A stretch of DNA of 64,000 bases from Eledone cirrhosa (taxonomy: Eukaryota): positions 382,106,001 to 382,170,000 of the forward strand of contig OZ024740.1 of NCBI GenBank assembly GCA_964016885.1, written 5' to 3'. The position numbers were made by a program, and so were the translations under genes. Each line of letters starts with the position of its first letter. Position 1 is the first letter of the stretch. Below, in pieces: positions 48,253-64,000 of this stretch. The notes beneath the pieces are model-generated. The model was not told where the DNA came from. It ran no database searches and saw only the letters and a program-made list of their open reading frames with translations.

Positions 48253-48913
48253 GCTTAGCTGCACATTCAGGATTGCATTCGTTAGCATAGCCGCAGCCAG
48301 AGCTTCGATTCTACTGAACTTCCATTTGTATTATTATCTCCTAGTCTTAATGATTAATTAATTAATTTAACTAGAAATTTCTATTGATTGATTAATTATT
48401 TATGTTTGTTTAAAATAACGTCTGGTCGAGAGCTTTTTTCGGTTTGTCGAAAGGAATTTATTCCTTTGTTCAAAATTTGAATTTCGACCGCCAAAACCGG
48501 GGGTTACCTCCCTTTGGGAAAGCCACGTGACCGCCAGCAGTCTTACTGCTATAATTCACACCCGATTGAACGGAAAACTATTAAGAAAGTGAACTCTGTT
48601 CGATCATCCAAAACATATAGCTTGGATACCCCGCAAGTGGATTTGTTGATTTCGATTTCACAGAAACCTACCGGAGATATTGTATAATATCGACGGGATG
48701 GTGCTAGTTTGTCAAATTATCCTGAGTTTTCTCGTTGCTTTGGCCCTTGTCGCTGGCTCACCGGTCGCAATCTTCAATTTGTCAACCTGTCTAAACGTAA
48801 TGTACTTACTCTAAGATAAAACTACCTTGTTGAGTGCTTAGCTGCACATTCCGGATTGTAGTCGTTAGCATGGCCGCAGTCAGAGCTTCGATTCTACTGA
48901 ACCTCCATTTGTA
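48253..48913. mobile_element. Non-coding element with 78-bp direct terminal repeats (48253-48330, 48836-48913) in (TA)n
   Basis: gcttagctgcacatt...ccatttgta repeated with period 583. Confidence 0.7.
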
Positions 48914-49002
48914 TATATATAAATATAATTTCAGCGAGATCGTATTTCGGCGGTGGCCAAAAACAAGGCGGAACGCAAATATATATATATATATATATAT
49001 AT

Positions 49003-49367
49003 ACCATGATATTAAATAAATGGAAACTATATTTATAAAACCATATTTATTTTATTATATATATTTGAAGGGCAACCAAGACACCATTGGTGCGCTTTCA
49101 TCAGATAAAATACAAAGTTTGTTTTATAAATAGAGACGTACCCATGAAAATCATACCTTATTAGTGGGAAATTCACTGGATAGTGACTATCCAGTGAATT
49201 TCCAACCGATAAGGAATGATTTTCATGGGTACGTCTCTATTTATAAAACAAACTTTGTATTTTATCTGATGAAAGCGCACCAATGGTGTCTTGGTTGCCC
49301 TTGAAATATATATAATAAAATAAATATGGTTTTATAAATATAGTTTCCATTTATTTAATATCATGGA
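49003..49367. mobile_element. Fold-back element with hammerheads (F4)
   Basis: ~180-bp arms; single-arm copy at ~55218-55345. Confidence 0.85.
49258..49322 (+). ncRNA. Type I hammerhead (F4)
   Basis: TATTTTAT-CTGATGA-AAG..CACCAA..TTGGTTG..CTT-GAAA-TATATA-TA-ATAAAATA. The opposite arm (49048-49112) has GAAA mutated to CAAA; another copy lies at 55258-55323 (-). Confidence 0.78.
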
Positions 49368-49453
49368 ATATTTACTCCAGTATCTGTTGAGTGCTCTAAA
49401 TCAATTATAAACATTCATGTTTGTCGCACTTCCAACAAACTAAATACAACTTA

Positions 49454-50053
<600 letters not shown>

Positions 50054-50238
50054 AATATATATATATATATATATAAAAACAAACAAATAATATGCTGCTG
50101 AACGATGATAAATTCGAATTTAATCCACTTTGTGATAATTTGCAAAAGTTATAATATTTACCTTCTTTTACAATTCTGCGATATGCTACCACTGATGACA
50201 ATATCTCATTCTTCAAAATTATGAAAGGAATTGAAGAT

Positions 50239-50276
<38 letters not shown>

Positions 50277-50280
<4 letters not shown>

Positions 50281-50752
50281 GAAACATGGGAAAACTCGTC
50301 GGATGGAGGCTGATAGAACAGCAAAATACCGTTATAGCGGCGTTAGGTAATATATTACTTCGAAGAACAGAGATCAGCGGCTAGGTGTGAGTTGACTCGA
50401 AGGAAGGAAAAGAAGATAAGAAGGAGGAAAAATTGGATGAAAGTGAAAAGGTGACAAACATTAATTTACGCTCTTCAGGTCTCAACCTCCAACAGTTAGA
50501 GAGACTACTGCGGGGTAGAGGAGGCTCGTAAGGAGAATCACATATCTTCGTTCATATATAGTTTGCGTTGGGACAGGTTAGAGAAAGAGGAAAAGATGAA
50601 GTGCGTCTGATCGACCCCAAGGCGTCGCGAGAAATGGAATAATGCTGGCAGCAGTAGGGCTGGCCTGTAGAAGGGAGAGATGGGGAGGAGGAGGGTAACA
50701 GTGGGAAGACGAGGGGGAATTGGATGAAAGAATGAGTGAATACACGGTGGAC
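50277..50752 (-). mobile_element. Non-coding insert in (TA)n carrying the TGTCCCAA...CTGAAGA motif
   Basis: TA flanks; motif spacing matches the 36 kb and 55 kb families. Confidence 0.45.
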
Positions 50753-50764
50753 ATATATATATAT

Positions 50765-51088
50765 CCAGGGAGTGTATAACTTGGAGTTACTGTAGGTTTA
50801 CCCTGGTCAGCACTCGATGTTTACGTTCACTTCCGTGTCGAGGTGTAGAGGTAGACAGAATGTATTATAGTGAAATAAGATAACGATGACGATTGGTTAC
50901 TCCTTCATTGCGATTATTGTTTGGTTACGCGCGTTTCACCACTGATCAGCTCAAGGTTCGATCTGCATCGATCTTACCCGACTTACAGAGTTGGGTCAGA
51001 TTGATACAGATCCAACCTTGAGCTGATCAGTGGCGAAACGCGCATCACCATCCAATAAACGTCCTTGTTATCGTCCTTGTTATCTTAT

Positions 51089-51092
<4 letters not shown>
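50765..51092. mobile_element. Fold-back element with HHR 3' halves (GAAA-CGCGCG-TA)
   Basis: Palindrome centred near 50995; TA flanks. Confidence 0.65.
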
Positions 51093-51143
<51 letters not shown>

Positions 51144-51153
51144 ATATATATAT

Positions 51154-51357
51154 AACGAAGGAAATGTGGTAAGGAACCAGGTGGACCATAGCGCACCAAA
51201 ATACTCAATACTTAGGGTAGTAGAGTGGGTAATAGGAACGAGTAGGACCCCGACAGCTGAGCTCAAGCCGTTTCGACGGCTAATTCTGGACTAATTTAGT
51301 CCAGAATTAGCCGTCGAAACGGCTTAAGCCCAGCGGTCGGGATCCTACTCGTTCCTA
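51154..51357. mobile_element. Second fold-back of the 37761-38033 family
   Basis: Same terminus aacgaagg; right arm truncated. Confidence 0.8.
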
Positions 51358-51375
51358 TATATATATATATATATA

Positions 51376-51710
51376 TGCTTTGTTCTCATTCGACTACGAA
51401 GATGTTTTGCATCATGAATCCTCACCTGGTGGTATTCACTGCAAAAGGTCGGATCTGTGAGCGTCAATAAACTGACAGCTGCAACATGACAACTCTGCGA
51501 CTAATTTGTAACCGTTGATCCAACGTTTCTTGCCAAAGAAAGTCATTTCGTTACCTCGCTACGTTCCCTACTCCCTATATATGACCCCCTCTGATTTATG
51601 GTTGTTCCCAAAATTGGAGACGTGACTGAAAAGCTTTGAGAGCTGAAAGGATATCATATGGACTGCGACCGAAAAGCTGAGGGCCATTCTACAAAAAAGC
51701 ATTTTGTGTT
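51376..51710 (+). mobile_element. Mariner transposase remnant
   Basis: Degenerate YSPDLAPSD..LFPKL-coding sequence; duplicated at 60048-60360. Confidence 0.6.
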
Positions 51711-52225
51711 TTTCATGCGAAATCGTGTGTTGAAACAGATACTCTTATATTTGGGAGTGAAGTGCAAATAATAAAAGCAAGCGTACCAACTCAGTTTCAC
51801 GTCAGTTTATTATCAGTTGAGTAACTGAACGCTTTAGTAAATGAATGGCTGTTTATTAGTTAATTATTATTTTAATTGTCAAAATTCTTTCGTCACACAT
51901 GCAGTGACCTCCTCACTGATTATTTGTGTTACCTTTTGTCTCCTTGTTGTTTTATTTTACTCCATCTTGTCATTTTGAAATGTGCTCATTATATAGTGTG
52001 AGGCGTATTGAGTTGCAATTGCTCTTTGTTAAAAATACAGTAGATCAAAGAGATAGTGCTATATTTGCCGAGCAAATGTAATAGTTTTAGTCAGGAACAT
52101 TACAGTTTTCATTTTTCCATTCGAATTAATTATGAATTACATTGGTCATTTGTAGTTTCTTCTTAGGTTTCATGCTTAAGATTTTTTCAAGGTTAATTTT
52201 AGTAGTTTTGTAGTATATTATTAGT

Positions 52226-52410
52226 GTGGATTGGCAGTATCGGTAGAGGGTCAGACGACATGCTTTGACGCATAGAGTTACGGCCCTTGCCTTTCTGAGT
52301 TCAAAGCCCGCCGAGGTTAACTTTGCCATTCATCCTTACGGGGTCGATAAAATAAAGTACCAGTAATGCACTGGGTAATTGCGGCCTTATGCCAAAAGTA
52401 GAAACAATTA
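52226..52410 (+). mobile_element. tRNA-derived SINE
   Basis: Same family as 22069-22260. Confidence 0.88.
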
Positions 52411-52680
52411 TTAGTATATGTTAATGATTTGGCGTCACGCATTCTGTGCTATATTTCACAATGCACTCATAAGTATGTATGAAACATCTAAAATATTCTT
52501 GTAAAACAACTAAAAGTGAAACATAGTCGTGTGTTTAATATAGTACAAACTCCAAATTACATAGATAGTTGGTAATATAGACCTATCTAAATTATAATAA
52601 AGGAAGGTCTGCGGGATAGGGTACGGTTGTTTTTTTTTATCCCGTTAGTAAAATAAGTTGGATTACTTTGAATAAATAAT

Positions 52681-52855
52681 TGTTTCTATTTTAGGCACAA
52701 GGCCAGCAATTACCCAGTACATTACTTTGTTTTATCGACCCCGTAAGGAGGAAAGGCAAAGTTAACCTCGGCAGGATTTGAACTCAGATCGTAAAGGGAC
52801 GTAACTATGCTGGAAAGCATGTCCGACCCTCTACCGATACTGCCAATTCACCGTC
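52681..52855 (-). mobile_element. tRNA-derived SINE with 15-bp TSD
   Basis: TSD ctttgaataaataat at 52666-52680 and 52856-52870. Confidence 0.9.
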
Positions 52856-53443
52856 CTTTGAATAAATAATGAATAAATATTACATATCTACTAAATTTAG
52901 TAAACAAAAATAATTTTGTAAAAATAAATCATTTAAAATTGACTTCTTTTCAAAGTTGCACTTCCGGTATATCGTTGCCACCACCACCACTTCAACTACC
53001 ATATACTGTATATAGAAAGAAAGATTGTGTGATGTCAACACTTCCGGTGGCGATCACTTAAATAAACACACTCATTTTCTGGTACTAATTTTCTCCTAAT
53101 GCAGTTTATATATAATATCGTCTTTTTTTAATGTATTAAATGATTACGTTACTGATTACATAAGACAGTGTAACAACGTCTTCGTTCAATTAGTGTTTAT
53201 ATTGTCAATTACGATTTTATTTGATATATCATATCTACATGTATATATACTTGCGTATAATATCAATATACACACTACACATGGTAGCAGAAAACCACCC
53301 GAACGGTGGTTTTTCTGCTAGTAAATATAAAGAACTTTTTAAAGCACAGCGTGATTTTATAATCCACTACAAGTTAGGCGAGAGACCGTTCAGAGTTTAA
53401 TGCAATCGAAACTTTTCCAATCAGAGTAGTTTTATATCACAGA

Positions 53444-53486
<43 letters not shown>

Positions 53487-53602
53487 AATAAGGATTAACA
53501 AGGATTTAAATTAAATGATTTAATTGATTTACGAGCCTTTAAAATAACCGGAACATACATATATCCCGCCCGCCCCTTCAATCTATCTAATTTCTCATTC
53601 TT

Positions 53603-53638
53603 TCTTCTGATGAAGGACTAGCGTCCGAAAAGTTCAGA
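53603..53638 (+). ncRNA. Minimal hammerhead (F7), slightly degenerate
   Basis: TCTT-CTGATGA-A GGAC TAGC GTCC-GAAA-AG-TT-CAGA. Confidence 0.65.
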
Positions 53639-53750
53639 CCATCTTCCTGCTATTTCAAGCGTTGACCTAAATATATTCCTTCCATATACTGTACCGAGTG
53701 CGCTGTTATTTCTGTTTACATACATATATATATATATACATATAAGAGTG

Positions 53751-53782
<32 letters not shown>

Positions 53783-53817
53783 TATGTATGTATATAAACA
53801 CACACACACACGGACAT

Positions 53818-53873
<56 letters not shown>

Positions 53874-54203
53874 CACGTGTGTGTGTGTATATGCGTGTTT
53901 AAAATGAATTACGATACGGCTTTCAGAGCCCTGTAATGTCATTACGTTCATTACGTTTAAATGCCCAGTGAAAAAAAAGAAACCCAAAACATGAATTTCA
54001 TAAAAAAAATTTTGCCTAGTGTCTAGACAGTAAATTAGGAGAAGAATTCTTTATTCTGCCTAAAAAATTGGCGTTGTCTCAAAGACAATATAACACGCTG
54101 AATTTGTTCGTGAACCTCTTTAAGCTTTCGTCTGTTTGGAAAGCTGAGCCTGTTCACTTGATTGCATCATGTCTGAAGTAAACAACACACACAAACACTC
54201 ACA

Positions 54204-54346
<143 letters not shown>

Positions 54347-54452
54347 GTGTGTGTGTATGTATGTGTGTATAAACTCACATATATGAACAAATAATTGTAA
54401 TATACAGATAAAGTTTCTTCACAAGCTGCAAATCTGACTTCAATTGTTTTCC

Positions 54453-54483
<31 letters not shown>

Positions 54484-54489
<6 letters not shown>

Positions 54490-54645
54490 ATACTTTGGGA
54501 GGGTCATGTTGCCAATAAGAAACATACGCACCAGTTGCTTTCACTTCAATTTATTATAAATTAAAACATAAATTTAAAAAAGATTTATAAATTTCCGGTT
54601 GGTTGGTTCCACAACCGGATGGTTGTTCATATATTGTCAAAGTTC
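54484..54645 (-). mobile_element. PLE family A 3'-terminal fragment
   Basis: Matches 23514-23674; truncated inside the HHR. Confidence 0.85.
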
Positions 54646-54689
54646 TATATATATATATATATTTTTTTTTTTTTTCATTCATATATAAT

Positions 54690-55192
54690 TTTTCCCCTCG
54701 CTGTGGTTCATCTTTTTTCTATCACCTTACTGCTATCCTCTTTCTCTCTCCTTCTTCTCTCTCCTTGTACGTTTTACTTTCATTCACCCCCCTCTGCCAG
54801 TCACACACTCTCTCGGCTGGCCTCTTCCTTACACTTTCACTCACTCACTCTCTGCTACTCCCCTCTCTCACTTCCTCCCGTCTGACCTGTGTGAAATCCT
54901 TTTCTCGCTCAGATTTCGCATGGTTCGGACGTGTCTTCCTCTTCTCGTCGATTGATTTGTCCGAACTTAAGTCCACAAGTATCATTGACTTTTCCTATCT
55001 TTACGTTGCATACTACCATATTGTTTGTTTACAGCCCCTCTTTCTCCATCCAATTCGCTCTGTCCCAATAACTTATTTTAGTTATTGCTTGCACTGAATT
55101 TGAGGTATCTGGTCTTTAATGCGAAGACATACCAATGATAGTCAGCAGATCACTGATGATGGACAGTCCCGTTTCTCGCTCTATTTTCATTC
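54690..55192 (+). mobile_element. Diverged relative of the 55662-56644 element
   Basis: Shares TGTCCCAA, TGAGGTAT..TTAA.GCGA..AT.CC and TCACTGATGA.GGAC. Confidence 0.6.
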
Positions 55193-55450
55193 ATATATAT
55201 ATATATAAATATATACAGTATATTAATAAATGGAAACTATATTTATAAAACCATATTTATTTTATTATTCATATTTCAAGGGCAACCAAGGCAAATTATG
55301 GTGCGCTTTCATCAGATAAAATACAGATTTGTTTTATAAATAAATATTGACATAGCAGGAAAAAAGACAACCTTAACGGTTGGAACTTCCTGGATAGTTG
55401 AGTTATAAAAATGTTTAAGCTTGTTGAATCCCCAAAAATTAAATATAACC

Positions 55451-55502
<52 letters not shown>

Positions 55503-55613
55503 TATACGTATAAACATATATATACGTGTATACGTATATACATATATATACGTATATACATATACATACATATATATATATATATATACATATATATACA
55601 TATATATATATAC

Positions 55614-58086
<2,473 letters not shown>

Positions 58087-58308
58087 ATCGATCGACTTTC
58101 GTCAAATCGGACCCAGGAAACAATGTTTTCGTCGGCCTTTCCAGTTGCTAGTACTATCCATCGGTAGAATATATATATATATATATATTAGAGAAAATAA
58201 TTGAAAACAGATTTGCAGCTTGTGATGTATATATATATATAAAAGAAAATTTCACTCTATATGGCTGAATACAATAAATGTAATGTGAGTTTTTCGAATA
58301 TTAATAAT

Positions 58309-58484
58309 TGTTTCTATTTTTGGCACAAGGCCAGCATTACTGGTACTTTATTTTATCGTCCCCGTAAGGATGAAAGGCAAAGTTAACCTCGACGGGATTT
58401 GAACTCAAACCGTAAAGGGACGTAACTATGCTAGAAAGCATGGCATCCAACCCTCTACTGATACTGCCAATTCACCGCTTTTCT
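58309..58484 (-). mobile_element. tRNA-derived SINE nested in a fold-back arm, 12-bp TSD
   Basis: TSD aatattaataat at 58297-58308 and 58485-58496. Confidence 0.88.
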
Positions 58485-58650
58485 AATATTAATAATAACA
58501 TTCGATTCGTTTGCAATAATGCAAACAAGCCTCAATTTTATAGCCAAGTCAATAGGATGAACACTTCATATTGGCATGCGACCAGTCACTGTGGATTTTT
58601 GAAAATAGCATATATTTTCACTAGCTCTGACAGTTTTGCAGGTGAACAAT

Positions 58651-58700
58651 GAGCTGTACTGATGAAGGGTGATACCTAGAAACATTAGTGTCTGTAGTTC
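58651..58700 (+). ncRNA. Type I hammerhead ribozyme (F8), canonical GUC site
   Basis: GAGCTGTA-CTGATGA-A GGGT GAT ACCT A-GAAA-CA TTAG TG-TC-TGTAGTTC; predicted cleavage after C58692. Confidence 0.88.
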
Positions 58701-58821
58701 TGTTCGATGCCAACATAAGAGCAAGAATGAAGTGTTCATTCTACTGACATGGCTATAAAATTGAGGCTTGTTTGCATAATTGCAAACGAATCGAATGTTA
58801 TTATTAATATTCGAAAAACTC

Positions 58822-58856
<35 letters not shown>

Positions 58857-58947
58857 AGTATATGTTGGTTGTTTACCGACACCTCAGTATGCAGATTGGA
58901 GCACTCGACGAAGTAGGCAGGTTGGTTTGTTTACTCCGGAGTAATGT

Positions 58948-59240
58948 AAAATAATTAAGTCAAATATGTAAAATTTGGATTCGTTTATTATAAATTATAG
59001 ATATACTGCTATATATATTTCGGTTGCAGCCATCATTGATTGTGACCTCTTCAGGCAGTCCGAATTGATGTAGGACAGACAGGTACAAATGTTGTTGAAG
59101 TGTGTTTTACTTCAACAACATGTGTACCTGTCTGTCCCACACCAATTCAGACTGCCTAAAGAGGTTGACACCGAAATATATATAGCAGTATATCTATAAT
59201 TTATAATAAACGAAGCCAAATTTTACATATTTGACTTAAT

Positions 59241-59249
<9 letters not shown>
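58948..59249. mobile_element. Fold-back element with hammerheads (F9)
   Basis: Inverted arms centred near 59105; TA flank. Confidence 0.82.
59005..59059 (-). ncRNA. Type I hammerhead (F9)
   Basis: ACTGC-CTGAAGA-GGT...ACC-GAAA-TATATA-TA-GCAGT. The plus-arm copy at 59151-59189 has CTAAAGA and a shortened stem II. Confidence 0.78.
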
Positions 59250-59306
<57 letters not shown>

Positions 59307-59425
59307 ATATATATATATATATATATATATGTGTGTATGTAAAAGGTAAACAGAAATAACAACACATTCGGTACAGTATATTGAAGGGATATACTAGGTT
59401 AACGCTTGATATAGCAGAAAGAGGA

Positions 59426-59461
59426 TCTTAACGTTTCGGACGCTAGTCCTTCATCAGAAGA
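59426..59461 (-). ncRNA. Minimal hammerhead (F7), intact
   Basis: TCTT-CTGATGA-A GGAC TAGC GTCC-GAAA-CG-TT-AAGA. Confidence 0.8.
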
Positions 59462-59599
59462 AAGAATGAGAAATAAGATAGATTGAGGGGACGGGTGGGT
59501 TGGAATTGGAAAAAATGTCTTTAGATATTCAAGGCCTCTGGAAAAAGTAGCCAAATTTACTTTAGCATGCGAAGTAATGGTGTTAAGGGTAAAACCTTG

Positions 59600-60400
59600 T
59601 GCAGAATAAAGCCGAATAATATTCAGGCACATGCGTCGATTTTGACGAACTCTGTCAGACAACTAGCGTGTGTGGAGCTGTAATATTTGTGGCATTTTAA
59701 TCTTGCCCGATGCTACCAACAGCAGTGATTCTGTGTTCCTGAATATCCTGATGAGTGGAGATGAAACGTTCAAATCCAACACAGAAAAATACCTGACAAC
59801 CTGTAAATACTCAAACGAGGAGTACCATGAAATAAGTGTCCGAAACGGAGAGCAATGAGGTAAATTGGAAAGATTTTACATAATGCAAGCTATACCCATT
59901 TTCACAAGAGAAGACAGCTCTCACCCATCCCAAAGTGGGTGGGAGATCTCGCCGTCGGACGGGGAGAATTGACAGGTCTGCAGAAACTAAAGCTGAGTCA
60001 CCACATTGTCTTAAACAGCAAGTCAGTTACGGAGCAAAACCAAGGTGATGCTATGTTCTCATCGACTACCAAGATGTTTTGCATCATGAATCCTCACCTG
60101 ATGGTATTCACTGCAAGAGATCGGATCTGTGAGCGTCAATAAACTGACAGCTGCAGCATGACACCCTCCAACTAATTCGTCACAGTTGATCCAGCGTTTC
60201 TTGCCAAAGAAAGTCATTTCGTTCACTCGCTAGGTTCCCTCCTGCCTATATATGACCCCATCTGATTTATGGTTGTTCCCAAAATTGGAGATGTGAGAGC
60301 CGAAAGGATATCATATGGACTGCGACCGAAAAGCTGACGGCCATTCTACAAAAAAGCATTTATGGGGTGATTCTAAGAGTGGAAGTATGAATGGGCTGTG
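59600..60400 (+). mobile_element. Degenerate mariner transposase
   Basis: FLNILMSGDET (the TGDETW motif) and a downstream YSPDLAPSD-like remnant. Confidence 0.6.
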
Positions 60401-60911
60401 TGTGGAAACACAAGAAGCCATTTTCACAAGGAAATTCTAATTGAACCCTACCAAGTTCTTAAATGTTTTTCCCAACCTAAAATAGGATACTGATGTCATA
60501 TATAGCTGATTGAAGAGGCCACCGGGAAGGGGCATGTGAGACAAAACATCAACATAGAGAGAGTCGAAGCGTGTACGTAAACAAAAAACGACTTGAAATA
60601 GGAAATGAGAGGGTAAGAAAAATATAGGTACACTTTCGGGGAAAACGTTAAGCACAGAATATAGAGCAGATATGTCCCTTTTTTTTTCGGAGATTGGTGG
60701 TGAAAAAAAAAAAGATTAAGGGACACTGGCATCGGTTGTCTCTATGTTGTTTTACTATCTCATATGTAGCATTCCGTTGTTTGAGCTATCATGCAGCACG
60801 TGCTTAATATGATGCACCCGTATACTCGAAGTTGCGTTACCTGGCAAGTGTTCGTTCATTCACCTGTCTCCTTTTTCTGTATGCAACACTGTTCTCTCTC
60901 TCGTTCGCCGT

Positions 60912-60977
<66 letters not shown>

Positions 60978-61114
60978 TGTGTGTGTGTGTGCCTTTGTTT
61001 GTGTGTTTGCGTGTGTGAAAAGCCGGCTGGCTTAAGAAACATTGGGTTAATTCTTAATTTGAAACGTACTCGTCCCAACGTAAATTTTCCTAACTTAGTT
61101 ATTATTATAAGGGT

Positions 61115-61430
61115 CCTTGCGGGGTCGATAAAATAAAGTACCAGTAATGTACTGGGCAATTGCTGGCGTTGTGCCTAAAAGTAGAAACAATTATAAGGGC
61201 GGTGGATTGGCAGTATCGGTAGGGAATCGGACAACATAAATTTGCGACATAATATAGTTACGGCACCTTACGTTCTGGGTTTATATCCTACGAGGTGTTT
61301 TGCCTTTCATCCTTACAGGCTCAATAAAATAAAGCACCAGTAACGCACTGGGGCCGATTTAATCGACCCCCCCCCCCTCCACCCCCAAAGAAAAAAAAAT
61401 TGTTGGCCTTGTTCCTAAATCAGAAATAAT
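61115..61430 (+). mobile_element. Tandem SINE fragments (a 3' part followed by a longer related copy)
   Basis: Same A-box and body as the other copies. Confidence 0.8.
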
Positions 61431-62009
61431 TTTATTTTCCGGACTCGATAAAATAAGTACCATAAGTTCATTTAATTGAAATAACCACCCACACATTTAT
61501 TTGTGTTGCTTTTATGTTATTTTGACATTAGTGTTGTTTAGCCACGTGTTTATCCATGAGCGCGCACACCTAGCTATCTAGTCTGTTTTTGTTGTTGTTG
61601 TTGTTTTTTGGGGGGAGGGGGGTTATTTATTTAATTTGATTAATTATTTTATTCAGAGTGTATAATTTGACTGATACTAGGCAGCTATTTCTAGCATGCC
61701 AGGCGACTACATAGAAACTCCTGCATTAGCTTGTTAATGATGGCGTTGATGATGATACTAAGCTTGTTTTAAAGTAGAATAAGAGAAAGTTAGATTTAAA
61801 GATATTCTTCAGTCTCTGGCACTTTTTCCCTCTATTTTCTTTTTCACTCTATTCTTTTTTCTTCCTTCTGTTTTTATTTAATATATATATATATTTTTTT
61901 TCCCGAAGTGTAAAAAGAGATCTGAGGGTGAAAGTCTGAAGCAAAAGTCTTTTGGAAGGTTAGGTAGTTAAGCTGCTTCCTCTTAACAGATTTTTACGGC
62001 AGTCTACTG

Positions 62010-62187
62010 GCAAGCAAGCAGGCTGGCTGTCTGACTGTCTGACTGGCAGGCAGGCTCGCAGGCTTAGTTAGTTAGTTGGTTGTTTTGGCTGGCTGGCTGG
62101 TTTGCAGGCATGCTGGCTGGCTACCTAACTGGCTGGCGTGTTTGGTTTGGTTTAGTTTAGGTTCTGTTGGTTGGTTGGCTGGCTGAC
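62010..62187. repeat. Mixed tetranucleotide tract (GGCT/GGTT/GGCA) upstream of the putative gene start
   Basis: Directly visible. Confidence 0.8.
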
Positions 62188-62310
62188 TTTTTATATATAG
62201 TCGGCAGGGGAGAAAAAGATTTAAGGTAGGAAACAAAAGGAAGAGAGAAAGAAATAAAAACAACATCAAGAACAACGACAAAAATAAAATAAATATTTTA
62301 AAGCACAGTC

Positions 62311-62701
62311 ATGGCAGCACAGGTTCGACTACGGCTCGACCAACACCGTAACGACAATAACAATAACAAAAACAAAACGACAAATGATAATGGTGATATG
62401 AAAAAGGATAACTACATCAATAGTAATTATTGTAATGATGCAACCACAACTAACAATAATAATAACACTAATATTATTAACATGACCAGCATTAAACAGA
62501 CCTACATAATATTTGGCGAAGATTCACAACAAAGTGTCAGGGAAAGAGAAAAGTCGGTCCGATGGAACCGATATGATATGCTTACCAATTCAAAACAACA
62601 CACAAGGAGTGTGCAGTTTACCGGCCAAATTTCTACGTGGATGGCTCTAATACTGATAGGAGTACTGCTGCTGCTAGGGTCAATTGGACCTACTATTTCT
62701 G
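62311..62701 (+). CDS. Probable first coding exon of a secreted or membrane protein (Asn-rich N-terminus then a hydrophobic signal-like segment)
   Basis: gtcATGG Kozak context, WMALILIGVLLLLGSIGPTIS, and a consensus phase-1 donor G|GTAAGT at 62702. Confidence 0.6.
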
Positions 62702-62736
62702 GTAAGTTATCTCTCACTTTTTTATCATTATTTATA

Positions 62737-62780
<44 letters not shown>

Positions 62781-62878
62781 TATATATGACTTATATGTAT
62801 GTATCAAGAAAAATATTGTTATTGTTATATACTATTTCGTTTACACACCCACGTCTGTGTATGTATGAAATCGTATGT

Positions 62879-62910
<32 letters not shown>

Positions 62911-62915
62911 GTGTA

Positions 62916-62953
<38 letters not shown>

Positions 62954-62998
62954 CGCGTGTGTGTATATATATGTATATATATATATATATAGTGAGAG

Positions 62999-63038
<40 letters not shown>

Positions 63039-63346
63039 GGAGAGATAGGTGTGGGTATGAGGTATGGACAACTTTATATTGTATCTGGTAATTGGATTAT
63101 CAGTTCATGCTGGCCGAGATGGCATGGTAGTAAACGAAATAGTTTACAGTACTCAATATTTTGAGTTCAAATCAAACGAAGCGTGGGTGGAGGATGGTTA
63201 TACTAACATTAAAATAAATGTCTAGTGTTATATTTCTATCGATAGTATCAGTTATATAATTACATAACCAAATATCAGTAAAGTGGGGAGCATCAGTTCG
63301 ATTCTCTCATACGAACCTATATACACTGTTATTATATACTAAACAT

Positions 63347-63521
63347 GCGGTGAATTGGCAGTATCGGTAGAGGGTCGGACGCCTAGATATACGGCCCTTG
63401 CCATTCTGAGTTCAAATCCCGCCGAGGTTAACTTTGCCTTTCATCCTTACAGGGTCGGTAAAATAAAGTACCAGTAATACACTGGGAAATTGCTGGCCTT
63501 GTGCTAATAGTAGAAACAATT
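63347..63521 (+). mobile_element. tRNA-derived SINE
   Basis: Same family as 22069-22260. Confidence 0.87.
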
Positions 63522-64000
63522 ATATAGTAAACACGCGCGTTCAGTTTTTGTTATATATGTAAATATATTCATGCCTATGTACACACACACACACACATAT
63601 ACATATATAGTATATATAGCGTGTGTGTGTCTTTTATGTAAGGGCTTGAATGTATATAAGTAATTTTGACGGTGTAAACAAATATCAAACTCTCGTTATA
63701 GGTTTGTAAACAATGTTCTGAACATGAGTCTAAGAAGGAGGCAGCTTCGCGCTGGCTCATCCTGCTAGAAACACCAGTCAAAACTTACTCTTTTGGAAAC
63801 GCAGAAAACATTGGTTAACCTGTTCCTTGGCACACATTGTCCGCTCTCCCCCGAGAACATTGACGGGCTGCTCACAATTGGACTAACATTTCTATCAGAA
63901 TTCTGTTTACGCAAACATAACCTGAGATTATCAATACCCTCAAATTTAGAAACATTCGTGGTGGTATAAAATAACTAAAATCCCAGTTACGTTTTCTTGG

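Larger units (their letters stand above)
58286..58822. mobile_element. Fold-back element with a canonical hammerhead in its spacer
   Basis: Arms 58286-58597 (interrupted by the SINE) and 58708-58822. Confidence 0.8.

Noticed and set aside
51878-51920. F2-like hammerhead on the minus strand
   Set aside because: Core is degenerate (GTGAGGA) and stems are weakened; counted only as a decayed relic.
53284-53321. Small hairpin tagcagaaaaccacc/ggtggtttttctgcta
   Set aside because: Single copy with no ribozyme core or other support; probably a remnant fold-back centre.
59745-59775. CTGATGA...GAAACGTT, hammerhead-like
   Set aside because: No stem I or stem II pairing; the sequence encodes the mariner ILMSGDET motif.

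Overview
This is AT-rich, microsatellite-laden animal genomic DNA, probably a coleoid cephalopod such as Octopus (inferred from the SINE content, not proven). Most of the window is transposable elements: two Tx1-like LINEs in (TATC)n tracts, a CR1-group LINE with an intact 1006-aa ORF2, three families of Penelope-like elements (PLEs), a hAT transposon with an 8-bp TSD, mariner and RTE remnants, and several SINE families. Host genes are limited to a probable first coding exon at 62311-62701 and a speculative spliced gene end. The most notable signal is non-coding. About 25 type I hammerhead ribozyme (HHR) motifs from about 9 sequence families sit in autonomous PLEs and in small non-coding tandem or fold-back elements inserted in (TA)n. 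They include a ~419-nt retrozyme-like tandem, an HHR with a compensatory U3-A8 core, and fold-backs centred on HHR stem II. A separate TGTCCCAA...CTGANGA motif without GAAA recurs in three families and may be an undescribed structured RNA. All pairings were read by eye; no folding program or database search was run. The long YIYI/CVCV ORFs are microsatellite artefacts.
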